64,000 nucleotides of DNA, taken from a virus (Duplodnaviria; Caudoviricetes). Below the pieces are notes generated by a model. It did not search any database and was not told the DNA's origin. It worked only from the letters and a program-made list of their open reading frames with translations. A program made the translations under genes and the position numbers. Numbering within the stretch: position 1 is the first letter of the stretch; each line of letters opens with the position of its first letter. Shown here piece by piece: positions 1-9,000 of this stretch. The stretch is taken from positions 1 to 64,000 of the IMG/VR virus record IMGVR_UViG_3300020438_000019. One strand, 5' to 3'.

Positions 1-6
1 CAACGC

Positions 7-195
7 ATGACCACTTGGGCAATTCAACCAAAATCCACAGGCAACTTCAATGATAACATTTGTGAGTTTGTCGCTACAGGATTTGAAGCAGCGTCCGACA
101 TGGCATTCAACTGGTCTCAGGAAATAGGCGAACCAATCACAATTTGGCGAGTCGGCACTATTTCACAGTTCAGATGGATGGACGTGGAGGCATAA
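7..195 (+). CDS. hypothetical protein (last gene of upstream transcription unit)
   Basis: 62-aa ORF followed directly by a GC-rich hairpin with a T-tract. Confidence 0.6.
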   Translation: MTTWAIQPKSTGNFNDNICEFVATGFEAASDMAFNWSQEIGEPITIWRVGTISQFRWMDVEA

Positions 196-204
196 GGATT
201 TCAC

Positions 205-230
205 AGGGGGCAGTGATTTGCCCCCTTTTT
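205..230 (+). terminator. rho-independent terminator
   Basis: AGGGGGCA-gtgatt-TGCCCCCT stem-loop followed by TTTT. Confidence 0.85.
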
Positions 231-294
231 AATGTACCCCGATGGCCCGAGCGAAAAACCAAAAGAGCTAACCTACAAAAGTATCCCAACGACA

Positions 295-302
295 TATAAA
301 TA
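295..302 (+). promoter_or_regulatory. T4-type late promoter
   Basis: exact TATAAATA upstream of the first structural-region ORFs. Confidence 0.75.
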
Positions 303-350
303 TTTTTACAAAATTGAAAACTCAAAACCCCTAATTCCGAAAAAATTTCC

Positions 351-560
351 GTGACAAAAAATCCCGAAAAAAGTCCATCCTCTTGGACATATGAAGAGGC
401 ACTCGATAACTTTGACCAATTCTGTGATTACTTCGACCATGCAGCATCAGCAAGATACCAATCAACTAAGTCCGACCAAACTCCTAGAGAACCAAGTCTC
501 AGAGCTACTCCAAAGAGTGAAAGCATTGGAGACACCTACGTTGATGTACAGACCACCTGA
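351..560 (+). CDS. hypothetical protein
   Basis: GTG-start 69-aa ORF downstream of late promoter; EALDNFDQFCDYF segment resembles cyanophage hypotheticals at this position; overlaps next ORF. Confidence 0.5.
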   Translation: MTKNPEKSPSSWTYEEALDNFDQFCDYFDHAASARYQSTKSDQTPREPSLRATPKSESIGDTYVDVQTT

Positions 561-756
561 GTCTGAAACATACTTAAAGGTCTCGGAGTACCTAGATAGT
601 GTAGAAGAGAGACTTCGTAAACTCGAAGAAAACTCCCATCGTGCCCCTCGGACAAATCATGGGGTACGTCTCACAGATATCGAAGCTCGCCTTAGTGCTA
701 TTTCCAACAGGACACCTACGGTATACTTGGATGATATTAACACTCCCTCTCTATAA
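439..756 (+). CDS. coiled-coil hypothetical protein (start 439 or 391 uncertain)
   Basis: heptad-like segments flanking LMYRPP; ends 5 nt before the PAAR gene. Confidence 0.65.
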   Translation: MQHQQDTNQLSPTKLLENQVSELLQRVKALETPTLMYRPPESETYLKVSEYLDSVEERLRKLEENSHRAPRTNHGVRLTDIEARLSAISNRTPTVYLDDINTPSL

Positions 757-761
757 TTCTA

Positions 762-1097
762 ATGTCTGCACCAACACTCTATAAAGGGATACCTGATACA
801 GGTGCTTCCTGTCCATGCACAGGTTCTCCGATGGTGATGAGTCCTAACGTACCTTTCCTGAAAGTAAAGATCAATGGTATGCAACCTATCAGGGATGGAG
901 ATAAAATGCCTATCAGTCCTGGAATGACTTGTACGTCTAATCCATCACCTTGCAGTAATGACCGAACAGTAATTGCATCAGGTTCACCCAAGGTATTAGT
1001 TGGTGGTAAGAGACTTGCTAAGATGGGAGATGTTTTAAATGCTGGTACTAACATTCGTGTAGGTGCTGCTGGTGCAGTTAAAGTCATCACTGGTTGA
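762..1097 (+). CDS. PAAR-like baseplate spike tip protein (gp5.4-like)
   Basis: VKINGMQPIRDGD and GSPKVLVGGKRLAKMGD PAAR-type repeats, several Cys. Confidence 0.85.
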   Translation: MSAPTLYKGIPDTGASCPCTGSPMVMSPNVPFLKVKINGMQPIRDGDKMPISPGMTCTSNPSPCSNDRTVIASGSPKVLVGGKRLAKMGDVLNAGTNIRVGAAGAVKVITG

Positions 1098-1123
1098 CGG
1101 GTGTGTTATAATATAAGTAGTTT
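1094..1123 (+). promoter_or_regulatory. putative promoter region
   Basis: TTGACG at 1094, TGTTATAAT extended -10 at 1104-1112, late-like TATAAGTA at 1112-1119, upstream of ATG 1135. Confidence 0.4.
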
Positions 1124-1134
1124 GCAATTGCATT

Positions 1135-1281
1135 ATGGCTAAGAATAGAGCGTTAAGTGGTGGCGATACCATAGAGGCGATTCCCAAGAAGACTAGACAG
1201 GGGATGGGGAAGCATACTAAATACTGTGCCAGCTCTCGCAATGGAGCTAAGAAACGCTACCGAGGACAAGGAAGAAAATGA
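1135..1281 (+). CDS. small highly basic protein (48 aa), not in ORF track
   Basis: manual translation MAKNRALSGGDTIEAIPKKTRQGMGKHTKYCASSRNGAKKRYRGQGRK; KKTRQG...KKRYRGQG peptide is typical next to PAAR/gp25 in T4-like marine phages. Confidence 0.8.
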   Translation: MAKNRALSGGDTIEAIPKKTRQGMGKHTKYCASSRNGAKKRYRGQGRK

Positions 1282-1406
1282 CTGAGTTCAACTATGTGGT
1301 TGGAAAACCTAAGAATCTCCAGTATAGAGCCGACTGGGATGATGATAAGGACGGTAATGTAGATACCGAAGAACGTGAGAAGTATAACCCAGAGGAAAGC
1401 GAGTAA
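1278..1406 (+). CDS. 42-aa acidic peptide with EF-hand-like loop, not in ORF track
   Basis: ATGA overlap with previous stop; MTEFNYVVGKPKNLQYRADWDDDKDGNVDTEEREKYNPEESE. Confidence 0.6.
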   Translation: MTEFNYVVGKPKNLQYRADWDDDKDGNVDTEEREKYNPEESE

Positions 1407-1442
1407 TCGCCTAACCGCCGAAAGCTCCGAATATAAACTATT

Positions 1443-1799
1443 ATGACTACTGAAAATACGGGGTCGCCACATGACCCCGACTATAATATCTCTGTGAGTT
1501 CTGCTCCAGATAATATACGTGCAGAGTACACACCTCCTGTAGGGTCTCCTGCCGAACGGACGTATAATCCTAATAAGCATTATCCCGATTACGTTTACGA
1601 GAGGGCAATGGACGGCGGTGTGCCTGATCCAGAATTTATGTGGCCTGATGACGGTCCTGATAAGACTCAGGAGATGTTACATAGAATTTCCGATGGGTTT
1701 AATAAGATTTTGATCCATCAAAGAGACAATAGCGAAAAACTTGATAAATTACATAAATTGTTAACTGATCATATCAATGACACAAAACCAACCGCATAA
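1443..1799 (+). CDS. hypothetical protein
   Basis: 118-aa ORF, Pro/Asp-rich N-terminus and helical C-terminus. Confidence 0.7.
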   Translation: MTTENTGSPHDPDYNISVSSAPDNIRAEYTPPVGSPAERTYNPNKHYPDYVYERAMDGGVPDPEFMWPDDGPDKTQEMLHRISDGFNKILIHQRDNSEKLDKLHKLLTDHINDTKPTA

Positions 1800-2466
1800 T
1801 GAATGCTTTGTCCCATTTGGGCCATTAGTCTATAAAGGTGATGTAACAGGTGAGTTTTTAGACTTCCTCAACAAGCACCTTGATTCAGTACGATTAGATA
1901 ATACAGATGTTCGTGATAAGTTAGTTGGTAACATAGGAGCTCAAAAAGCTGCTCCGTACCCACAAAAGGAGTTTATGGGGTTTGTTAAACCTCATGTACA
2001 TAATTACCTCAAGGGGTGTTATGAAAGAGAGGTAGCAACAGATCGTTGCTGCAAGGAAGGAAGGAATGCAGATAGATTTTTAGATCCAGATAATCATAAG
2101 CTTAGTTTTAATCTAGGGGATGGACCTTGGGTTAATTTTTCAGCTATGAATGAGTTTAATCCTATACACAACCATAATGGTATTATAAGTGCTGTTTTAT
2201 TCATAGATATACCAGAAGCTCTTAAAGAAGAAAGGGAGACAAATGGATTCATAGCAGAGACAGTAGGATGCTTAGACCTAGTACATAATAATCAACACGC
2301 CGTAATAAATCCTAAGACAGGGAACCTTTATATGTTCCCTTCTTATCTATGGCATTTGGTTTATCCTTACCATTCTGATATTGAAAGAATATCAATGTCC
2401 TTTAACTTAACGGAAGTGAGGTTTGATGACATGCATATGGAAGGTGGAATTGTAAACTATCACTAA
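1777..2466 (+). CDS. putative 2OG-Fe(II) oxygenase (HxH type)
   Basis: WVNF...NEFNPIHNH, FPSYLWHLVYP, RISMSFN. Confidence 0.85.
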   Translation: MTQNQPHNECFVPFGPLVYKGDVTGEFLDFLNKHLDSVRLDNTDVRDKLVGNIGAQKAAPYPQKEFMGFVKPHVHNYLKGCYEREVATDRCCKEGRNADRFLDPDNHKLSFNLGDGPWVNFSAMNEFNPIHNHNGIISAVLFIDIPEALKEERETNGFIAETVGCLDLVHNNQHAVINPKTGNLYMFPSYLWHLVYPYHSDIERISMSFNLTEVRFDDMHMEGGIVNYH

Positions 2467-2472
2467 AGAACA

Positions 2473-2619
2473 ATGGAAGACTTATACCCTAGAGGAGCAG
2501 ACGAAGAAGTTAATACTTTACTTACTGAAGCAGATGCTGATGTATGGTTAAAGAAGACTAAGAAGAGAGATATTAATAAAGCGAAAACTGAAGACCTATA
2601 TCCACATGAACAAACCTGA
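2473..2619 (+). CDS. small hypothetical protein (48 aa), not in ORF track
   Basis: MEDLYPRGADEEVNTLLTEADADVWLKKTKKRDINKAKTEDLYPHEQT fills the gap between two oxygenase genes. Confidence 0.6.
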   Translation: MEDLYPRGADEEVNTLLTEADADVWLKKTKKRDINKAKTEDLYPHEQT

Positions 2620-3187
2620 TACACACCTGAAGGATTTTATTCATATAGAAAAAGGCATTATACCTCCTAATCTTTGTAACTATATTGTTGAGGATATTGA
2701 AAAGAGAGAATGGCGAACTCATTCATGGTATAATCAGGTAACTGATGAAATGAGCTCTGAACCATTGGATGAGCCTGAGGTTCAGGAAATGACTTCAGAT
2801 CTCCATTTGTTACTTACACCTCATATGATGAGTGCTGGTAATGTGTATAGTAAACAATACACGTATCCCTCTGAAAGAACACAACACATATTAACTGAGT
2901 TTTCGGGAGTAAGATTTAATCGTTATAATGGAAGTCAGCATATGCGTCAACATCATGATCATATTCAGGCACTTTTTGATGGTAAAATAAGAGGAATTCC
3001 AATATTGAGCTTTATAGTAAATCTCAATGATGACTATGAGGGTGCTGATTTGTATTTTTGGGATGATTATACTATTAATCTAGGTAAAGGTGATATTGTT
3101 ATGTTTCCTTCAATATTCCTATATCCTCATGGTGTTACTGAGGTAAAAAAAGGAACACGTTATTCAGCAGTATCATGGGCTTGGTGA
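2606..3187 (+). CDS. 2OG-Fe(II) oxygenase, prolyl-4-hydroxylase-like
   Basis: HHD, LNDDYEG, FPSIFLYPHGVTEVKKGTRYS (HxD...H...RxS). Confidence 0.9.
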   Translation: MNKPDTHLKDFIHIEKGIIPPNLCNYIVEDIEKREWRTHSWYNQVTDEMSSEPLDEPEVQEMTSDLHLLLTPHMMSAGNVYSKQYTYPSERTQHILTEFSGVRFNRYNGSQHMRQHHDHIQALFDGKIRGIPILSFIVNLNDDYEGADLYFWDDYTINLGKGDIVMFPSIFLYPHGVTEVKKGTRYSAVSWAW

Positions 3188-3188
3188 T

Positions 3189-3794
3189 ATGGATTTAAAA
3201 GGACCAGAATATCAGATTATACCTAAATGGTTAACTGAAGATGAATGTGATATACTATATGATCGTGTTCTAGAGACAGAAGAATACGTTAAATCAACTG
3301 GAGATGACGAAGCAGCAGCTTTGGGTCAATATTCAGCGTATAAAGAAACAGATGCCCTTGGTGGTAGAGCAGGATCTTATAATCATCTAGATGATCAAGT
3401 TATTTACAATATTATGATGCCTGCCATCCGCAGCATTTTTAATATTGGGTTACAAGTAAGAATGTGGGCAAATACTTTTAGAAAGGGTGAAGGTCTCGGT
3501 ATTCATGCTCATAGAGATGCTGCAGATCCTAACGGTCCAAAAGAGAGTTGGGCATCATGTGTATTATACTGTGGTGGACCCTCAGATGGTACATGGTTCA
3601 ACTTCCAAGTGGAGAAGGGGGTTTACAAGGATTTCCATATAAAGAATAATAAGGGAGATCTTATTATATTCTCTGCAGATGTACCACACTGGGTTCCTCC
3701 TCATGATACAGATGGTATTCGTGTGTCTATAGCGTTTGATGTGAGTCAAGGTAACGGAGTAGGAGATGTTCGCATGTTAAGACCAGTAAAGTGA
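3189..3794 (+). CDS. putative 2OG-Fe(II) oxygenase
   Basis: WANTFRKGEGLGIHAH, GDLIIF...PHWV, RVSIAFD. Confidence 0.8.
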   Translation: MDLKGPEYQIIPKWLTEDECDILYDRVLETEEYVKSTGDDEAAALGQYSAYKETDALGGRAGSYNHLDDQVIYNIMMPAIRSIFNIGLQVRMWANTFRKGEGLGIHAHRDAADPNGPKESWASCVLYCGGPSDGTWFNFQVEKGVYKDFHIKNNKGDLIIFSADVPHWVPPHDTDGIRVSIAFDVSQGNGVGDVRMLRPVK

Positions 3795-3822
3795 TATACA
3801 TAATATATTACTCAAACTATGC

Positions 3823-4221
3823 TTGATGCCTACCGTTACAAAGTTTAAGGACTTTTCTCTTTCTTTCACAAGAAATAAGATCACGAATGATCTACTTGTG
3901 AAGAAGGAGAATGCTGCTATTAAGCAAGCGGTAATAAACATCCTTCTTACAGAGAAGGGAGAAAGATTATATAACAGTAACTTAGGATCTGATGTCCGTA
4001 GCTATTTGTTTGAACCATTAGACTATGCTACGGCAGGTCTTGTTCAGACTGCGGTAGAAGATTGCTTAGTCGAATATGAACCTAGGATTAATATACTACA
4101 ACTTAGTGTAATGCCTGATTTTGATAGTAATGGATTTGAAGTGCATCTAGCTTTCTCTATTACAGGTAGGGATGATCTTCCACCTCAAGATATTGAGTTC
4201 TTCCTTAATCGTACCCGATAA
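3823..4221 (+). CDS. gp25: baseplate wedge subunit gp25
   Basis: AIKQAVINILLTEKGER...YEPRI GPW/gp25 motifs; precedes gp6 (ATG at 3826 is an alternative start). Confidence 0.95.
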   Translation: MMPTVTKFKDFSLSFTRNKITNDLLVKKENAAIKQAVINILLTEKGERLYNSNLGSDVRSYLFEPLDYATAGLVQTAVEDCLVEYEPRINILQLSVMPDFDSNGFEVHLAFSITGRDDLPPQDIEFFLNRTR

Positions 4222-6029
4222 TGCCCTATACTCAAGTTGCTAATTTAGACTTTGCGGATATTAAAGCCGCACTTAAAGATTACATGAGAGCACAGTCAGA
4301 TTTTACTGACTATGACTTTGAAGGGTCTGCTATCACTACGTTCTTAGATGTTTTAGCATACAACACTTATTATACAGCATTTAACACCAACATGGTGGTA
4401 AATGAAATGTTTCTTGACTCAGCGACTCTGAGAGACAATGTTGTAAGCTTAGCAAAGCAAATTGGATATAGACCTAGATCAGCAACTGCTCCAAAAGCAA
4501 CTGTTAATTTTGTAGTTGATTATCAAGGTAGTGGTGTTACTCCTGATACACTTGTACTAAAGCAAGGAACAGGATTTGTTACTAATTACGATGATACTCT
4601 ATATCAATATGTCGTAATTGAAGATCAGGAAACTCCTCTTGTTAATAATACAGCAACATATGAGGGAATCGACATATATCAAGGTACTTTATTAACTCAG
4701 TCTTACACAATTAACACTGCTCTTAAGAATCAGCGTTTTATTATCAATAATACTGGTACAGATGTATCAAGTATCCGTGTAAAGGTGTATAAACAGCAAG
4801 GAGATACATCTTTCTTAACATTTAGTAGTGCAGAGAACATTTTAAACCTTGATGGTACATCGGAAGTCTATTTCGTAGAGGAAATAGAAGATGAGAACTA
4901 TGAAATATTTTTTGGTGATGGAGTATTTGGTAAAAAGTTAGATAATGGAAGTTTCGTAGAGATAACTTATCTTACTACATCTGCAGATACTACTAATGGA
5001 GCAAAGACATTTAGTTTCTCTGGTTTGATACATGATAAGATCAATCCTAGTAATAGCTTTCCTTATAATACTTCTGTAACCATTGTAAATGCTTCTACAG
5101 GCGGTGCTATTCCAGAATCAGTCTCTTCCATCAAGAAACAGGCTCCAAAGAGTTTTGCGACTCAGGACAGAGCAGTTACAGCAGATGACTATGTTTCTAT
5201 TATTAAGAAGGTTTATGCTTCTATATCAGATATCATTACATTTGGTGGAGAGGAAGACAATCCTCCTGAATTTGGAAAAGTAAAGATCGCAATTAAACCA
5301 GAGAATGCTAGTACTATTTCAGCATATACTAAGAATGAAATAGTTAAAGCTTTGAAGAATTATTCAGTTGCTTCTGTTACACCTGTAATTGTTGATCCTT
5401 CTATTCTTTATATTGAGCTTAATTCAACAATAAGTTTTAAAACTTCTAAAACTACTTTAACTAAATCAGAAATTCAATCTAAAGCTATTCAAGCAGTTGA
5501 AGATTATATTGCATCTGCAGAGACAGAGAAGTTTAATGGTAAATTCCGTCATAGTAGATTTGCATCAGTTATAGATGGTTCTGATGGTTCTATTAACTCA
5601 AACATTACTAATGTAACCCTTAGAAAGGATTTCTATCCTATACTGAATTCTACTTATTATTATGAACTTTGTTTTGTAAATGAGTTTAAAGATTCTTGTG
5701 ATGCATCAGTAATGAAGTCAACTGGTTTCGTAGTCAGTGAGTATCCTTCCTTCACAGTGTATTTGGAGGATGATACCTTCGGTAAAATAGACCTATATAG
5801 ACTGAATTCCCTTACTGGTGAGAAAGTATATCTTAAGAAAGGTGTAGGTGATATTAATTACACTCACGGTGAAATTAAATTATACGATCTTACAATCATT
5901 AAGGGTAGTTTTACTGATAATAAAATTGAAATCCGTGTAGAACCTGCATCAAGAGATGTAGATGCTGTACGAGAACTATATCTTGACGTTGATATCTCCA
6001 AATCCAATTTTAGTGCAGTTCCAGAATGA
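4221..6029 (+). CDS. gp6: baseplate wedge subunit gp6
   Basis: FTDYDFEGS, EMFLDSATLRDNVVSLAK, FGDGVFGK, QDRAVTADDY. Confidence 0.95.
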   Translation: MPYTQVANLDFADIKAALKDYMRAQSDFTDYDFEGSAITTFLDVLAYNTYYTAFNTNMVVNEMFLDSATLRDNVVSLAKQIGYRPRSATAPKATVNFVVDYQGSGVTPDTLVLKQGTGFVTNYDDTLYQYVVIEDQETPLVNNTATYEGIDIYQGTLLTQSYTINTALKNQRFIINNTGTDVSSIRVKVYKQQGDTSFLTFSSAENILNLDGTSEVYFVEEIEDENYEIFFGDGVFGKKLDNGSFVEITYLTTSADTTNGAKTFSFSGLIHDKINPSNSFPYNTSVTIVNASTGGAIPESVSSIKKQAPKSFATQDRAVTADDYVSIIKKVYASISDIITFGGEEDNPPEFGKVKIAIKPENASTISAYTKNEIVKALKNYSVASVTPVIVDPSILYIELNSTISFKTSKTTLTKSEIQSKAIQAVEDYIASAETEKFNGKFRHSRFASVIDGSDGSINSNITNVTLRKDFYPILNSTYYYELCFVNEFKDSCDASVMKSTGFVVSEYPSFTVYLEDDTFGKIDLYRLNSLTGEKVYLKKGVGDINYTHGEIKLYDLTIIKGSFTDNKIEIRVEPASRDVDAVRELYLDVDISKSNFSAVPE

Positions 6030-9000
6030 ACGTAAAGTCTAAAAATATCTCGGCACTGATTGAAAGTCAGTTACCTGGATTCATCGTAGAGGACTATGAA
6101 TACTTTGTAAAGTTCCTCAAATCTTACTATGCTCAGCAAGAGCTTAGTGGTGGTGTTTTAGACATTGTTACAAATTTAACAAAATATCGTGATATTAACT
6201 TTTATGATAAAGAGGTTTTAAAACAGTCCTCGAAAACCGTTGGTATAACTGGGATCTCAGATACTAGTATAAATGTACTATCGACTGAAGGGTTCCCTGA
6301 AAGTGGACTTGCTAAAGTTGATGATGAAATATTCTTTTATGCATCAAAGACATCTAATCAGTTTAATGGTGTTGCTAGGGGTGTAAGTGGTAATACTGAA
6401 CTTGGAGATCTTTATAAGCTCAGTACATACGTTTCTACTACTGCAGATACACATGCAGCAGATGTTAAGGTAGAAAACCTTAGTAATCTGTTCTTGTATG
6501 CCCTTATACAGAGCTTTGAATCGGAATACCTTGCTGGTATACCTGAGAAGTACCTACGTGGTGAGATCGATAAGAGAACCCTTATAAAGAACATCTCTTC
6601 TTTCTACAAATCAAAGGGTACTAAGCGTTCTATACAGTTTATCTTCAATTCCCTTGTAAGTAGTGAAGATAATGATGTTTATTTTCCAAAAGATACTACA
6701 CTTAAATCATCAGAGTCTGATTGGATCAATGTCCATTCTTTGAAGGTAGTTGTTACAAGTGGTGATCCTAAAGACTTAATAGGTAAGGTTGTTACAGAGA
6801 GTGGAGATAACTATGCTTCTGCTGTAGTCGATAATATAAAGCAATTAGAAGATGTTGATGGTGCTAATGTATGGGAATTAATTCTTGCTCCATCCACAAT
6901 CAATAATCAGTTCACTATATCAAATAAGACTAAGCTTAAGAAAACAATTGATTCTGGTGATCAAACAGGAGATATTATAGATGTTGATTCTACTTTTGGA
7001 TGGGAGAAAGAAGGAAAGATATTTGTAGATGGTGAAGTTATTGAGTATTCTAGTAAAACTATAAGACAGTTTAAGATCAAGAATAGGATATTAACTAGAA
7101 CTCATAATATAGGATCAACACTTTATAGTGATAATAGAATCAAAGGGAATAATGTTGAGTTTATAGCACTTGGTGTAGTTTATAATTTATCACCTACTAC
7201 TTCAACACCATATGGTATTGAGGGTGAACCTTTAGTAGTAGAAGCTTCTGGATTTGATACAGTTGATCCTAAGATTAAGAAGAGTGATGGTACTGTTAGA
7301 TGGTTACCTAATGATGATGCGAATTATAGTCCTCTATCAGGAGATCCTAGAACACAAGCATCTGTAAGTGATGCTATACCTGGTATACAGAGAATCTTTA
7401 GTGATGATAACAATTATTATATCTGTACTAGTGGTGTACCTGTTAATAGGACTATGTTCTATAATCAGACAATACCTGCTACAAAGACAGTTGTAGAGCA
7501 ATCCTTCTTAAGGACTATAAGAAAGAATGCTATTACAACTACTGAAGTTTATGAGAGTCCAAGAAAGGATTTTGGTATCTTAGTAGATGGTTCCTTAGCA
7601 TACACACATAAGCATCAAGATGGTGTATTTTATGGTGGTCTTACTAAGATAGATGTTACTACACAAGGAAGCGGTTATTCTAGACCTCCTTATGTACTTG
7701 TTAACACAGAACCATATAAGGCAACTGCTGTGTTGTCTGGTACTGTAGTTGAGTCTGTTAGAATAGATGTTGCTGGTTCGTATACTGCTGCTCCTATTAT
7801 TGAAATAGTATCTGGTAGGAATGCGGTATTAACACCTGTTATCACACAAGGAGCAATAACGAGCTTAGTAGTTACTGATCCTGGTGAATATTATTCTGCT
7901 CCTCCAACCATTAGAATAGTTGATGCTATGGGAAGAGGTAGATATGCAGAATATACTGCTCAAGTATCTGCTACTGGACAGATATCTGGATGCACCAAAA
8001 TAAATGGTGGATCTTTCTATAGTGAAGGAAATGTTGTAATCCAAGTCATACCAAGTGGTTCTGGTGCACTTGCAAGCTCTTCGATATATGAGTGGATAAA
8101 GAATAGGTTTGTTGAAGAGACATTAGATTCTGAATGGGGAATCTCTCACCTTAATGATAGAGGGTATCAAAATTATGGTACTGTCTCATATCCACCAACA
8201 CTTAGAGGAAATGATACGGGAACTAATCACTCTCCTATCATTGGATTTGCCTATGATGGTAATCCTATATACGGTTCTTACGGATATTCTGATCCTGTAG
8301 ACTCTTCTAGTAGCGTTGTGCGGATGCAATCAGGATATTTAAAGTATGGAACTAGACCAAATGGACCATCTCTTGTTACATATCCTCTAGGAACATTCAT
8401 ACAAGATTATTATTACGCAGATAGATACGGAACTGTAGATAGGAATAACGGAAGATATTGTGTAACACCAGAATATCCAGATGGAACATACGCATATTTT
8501 GCGACATTTGATAATCTAGGTGATCCAGAATTCCCATATCTGATTGGTGAGAATTTCTATTCTTTGCCTCTTGCTGCTAACTACGATCAGAATCAAACAC
8601 AGAATGATCTCCCATTGGACGCTGTACGCCTCCGTGGGGTCGATACACCTAATAATGGTCGTAAGACTAGGGGAGTTGTTAAAGACGTTTCTGCTGGTAG
8701 TTTAGATGCATTTCAAGTATACAGCTCATCTGATAATTTTAGGGTTGGTTCATCTATTGTTCTAGATGATACTGGTACTGGTGGTGTAGATGCTGCTGGA
8801 ACCATTTCCGCAGTTAATGGAAATACTGTACAAGAACTACAAGCTACAGATGCAAAGAGAGTAGCTAAAGTTCAGATTACGGAAAACTGCTATGTCTTTG
8901 GTGGAGATACGATAACACAATCATCATCTGGAGTATCTGGTAAGGTTGTTGGTGATGTTCTTGATGGTAAGATTCTTGTTCTAGAAGATGTTACGGGAAC

